NCBI GenBank assembly: GCA_019636915.1
Contig: JAHBWQ010000001.1
Location: forward strand, 1 to 61,360
DNA from: Nitrospira sp.
Lineage (GTDB): Bacteria > Nitrospirota > Nitrospiria > Nitrospirales > Nitrospiraceae
Length of the DNA stretch: 61,360 nucleotides
Direction of reading: 5' to 3'
The notes beneath the pieces are model-generated. The model saw nothing but the letters and a program-made list of their open reading frames with translations, made no database searches and was not told the origin of the DNA. Numbering within the stretch: the first letter of the stretch is position 1; each line of letters opens with the position of its first letter. Both the position numbers and the translations under genes were made by a program. Positions 60,522 to 61,360 of this stretch are shown in pieces.

Positions 60522-61360
60522 CCAGCAGCCGTTGGTGAATCTTGCGAACCCGTTCAAGTTGACCTTTGGCAGGGAACCGTTCGTAAAAACCATCGGCACG
60601 GAAATCCTTGGTGAGCGTGGCCCAAGGTTTCACCAGCTCAGCGAACGGTTGATGTGAGCGTTGGTCCTCCCAGGCGCTGATGAGTTTACGATCCACAATC
60701 AGGTCGTCCAGCACCCGGATCAACGCCTTGAGGGAAACGTCGCGCGTGAACATATAGCGCTCGTTCTGTCCCCAGATCTCACCCATTACATCCTTGACAC
60801 CTTTGAGATAGTCTCGCACCAACGCATAGCACCGATCGGCCTTCATGTCTAAATGTGACTCGATCCAACGCTTATGGGCCGTCACCACTTTTAAGAGTTC
60901 GTTGAATACCTCGGACTGAAGAATCCATTTTTCCTGCTTACTCCGTCCTCCAAGGCGGTTGATCTTGTACTGCAGCGGCGAGTCGGACTCGCTGTAAAGC
61001 AGATTGACGACTTTGGCGGTGAACTTCTTTTCAGGACTCTCCCAAGACACCTTCTCATAGAGATCGACCAGATGTGATCGGTTGATACGCGTGTGGGTGG
61101 AGTTGATGATCACGAACATCTCCGTCGCAAAATCGGCACTCCGCCCGTCGAACAAGAGACAGGGCACTTCGACCTGCCTGCTCTGGTCCGGATGTTTCTC
61201 GTGGAAAAAATGGAGTCCGGCGAGACGATGCTGTCCATCAATGACCAGGTACTTGCCTTTTGGCTCGCTCAAGTGGCCGATCGACTCCGAACCTTCCACC
61301 TTTTGGAAACGAAGCGTTTCATCGGTAAAGAGCAACACCGTGCCGGGAATCATCGGTTGC
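60505..61360 (-). CDS. DGQHR-domain (DndB-like) protein, 5' end beyond the window
   Basis: IPGTVLL, LVIDGQHRL and MFVIINSTH motifs. Confidence 0.88.
   Translation of the reverse strand, partial: QPMIPGTVLLFTDETLRFQKVEGSESIGHLSEPKGKYLVIDGQHRLAGLHFFHEKHPDQSRQVEVPCLLFDGRSADFATEMFVIINSTHTRINRSHLVDLYEKVSWESPEKKFTAKVVNLLYSESDSPLQYKINRLGGRSKQEKWILQSEVFNELLKVVTAHKRWIESHLDMKADRCYALVRDYLKGVKDVMGEIWGQNERYMFTRDVSLKALIRVLDDLIVDRKLISAWEDQRSHQPFAELVKPWATLTKDFRADGFYERFPAKGQLERVRKIHQRLLDAIVG

Overview
Gene-dense bacterial chromosome segment (about 53 CDS), mostly housekeeping. I found no rRNA, tRNA, CRISPR array, prophage or transposase. Gene content and a dispersed palindromic repeat resemble Nitrospira, which is an inference and not a database result. 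Left to right: a COG3014-like/LpoB/LPP20 lipoprotein operon, a caspase-like protein lacking its catalytic Cys, acs and an outer-membrane beta-barrel. Next come a coupled ppdK-ribD-(hydrolase, hypothetical, MFS, micro-protein)-ribE run, glyQS, Rrf2-TauE, tkt, a cytochrome c and HDOD-sthA. A signalling block follows, with two TonB-dependent receptors, YfiR and a hybrid kinase facing PilZ and a REC-PAS-GGDEF-EAL protein. The rest holds rtcB-archease, an M24 peptidase, an AsmA-like protein, pgm, a GS-family enzyme, lipA with Rieske and Mrp/ApbC genes, a fatty-acid desaturase, putA, SDR-bioD, thiE, an SRPBCC protein and a truncated DGQHR protein. The best candidate for an undescribed system is the rewired YfiR circuit at 27.7-38.0 kb. 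Also notable are a MITE/REP-like palindromic family (4 copies), two inverted short-period repeat tracts and two small ORFs missing from the ORF track.
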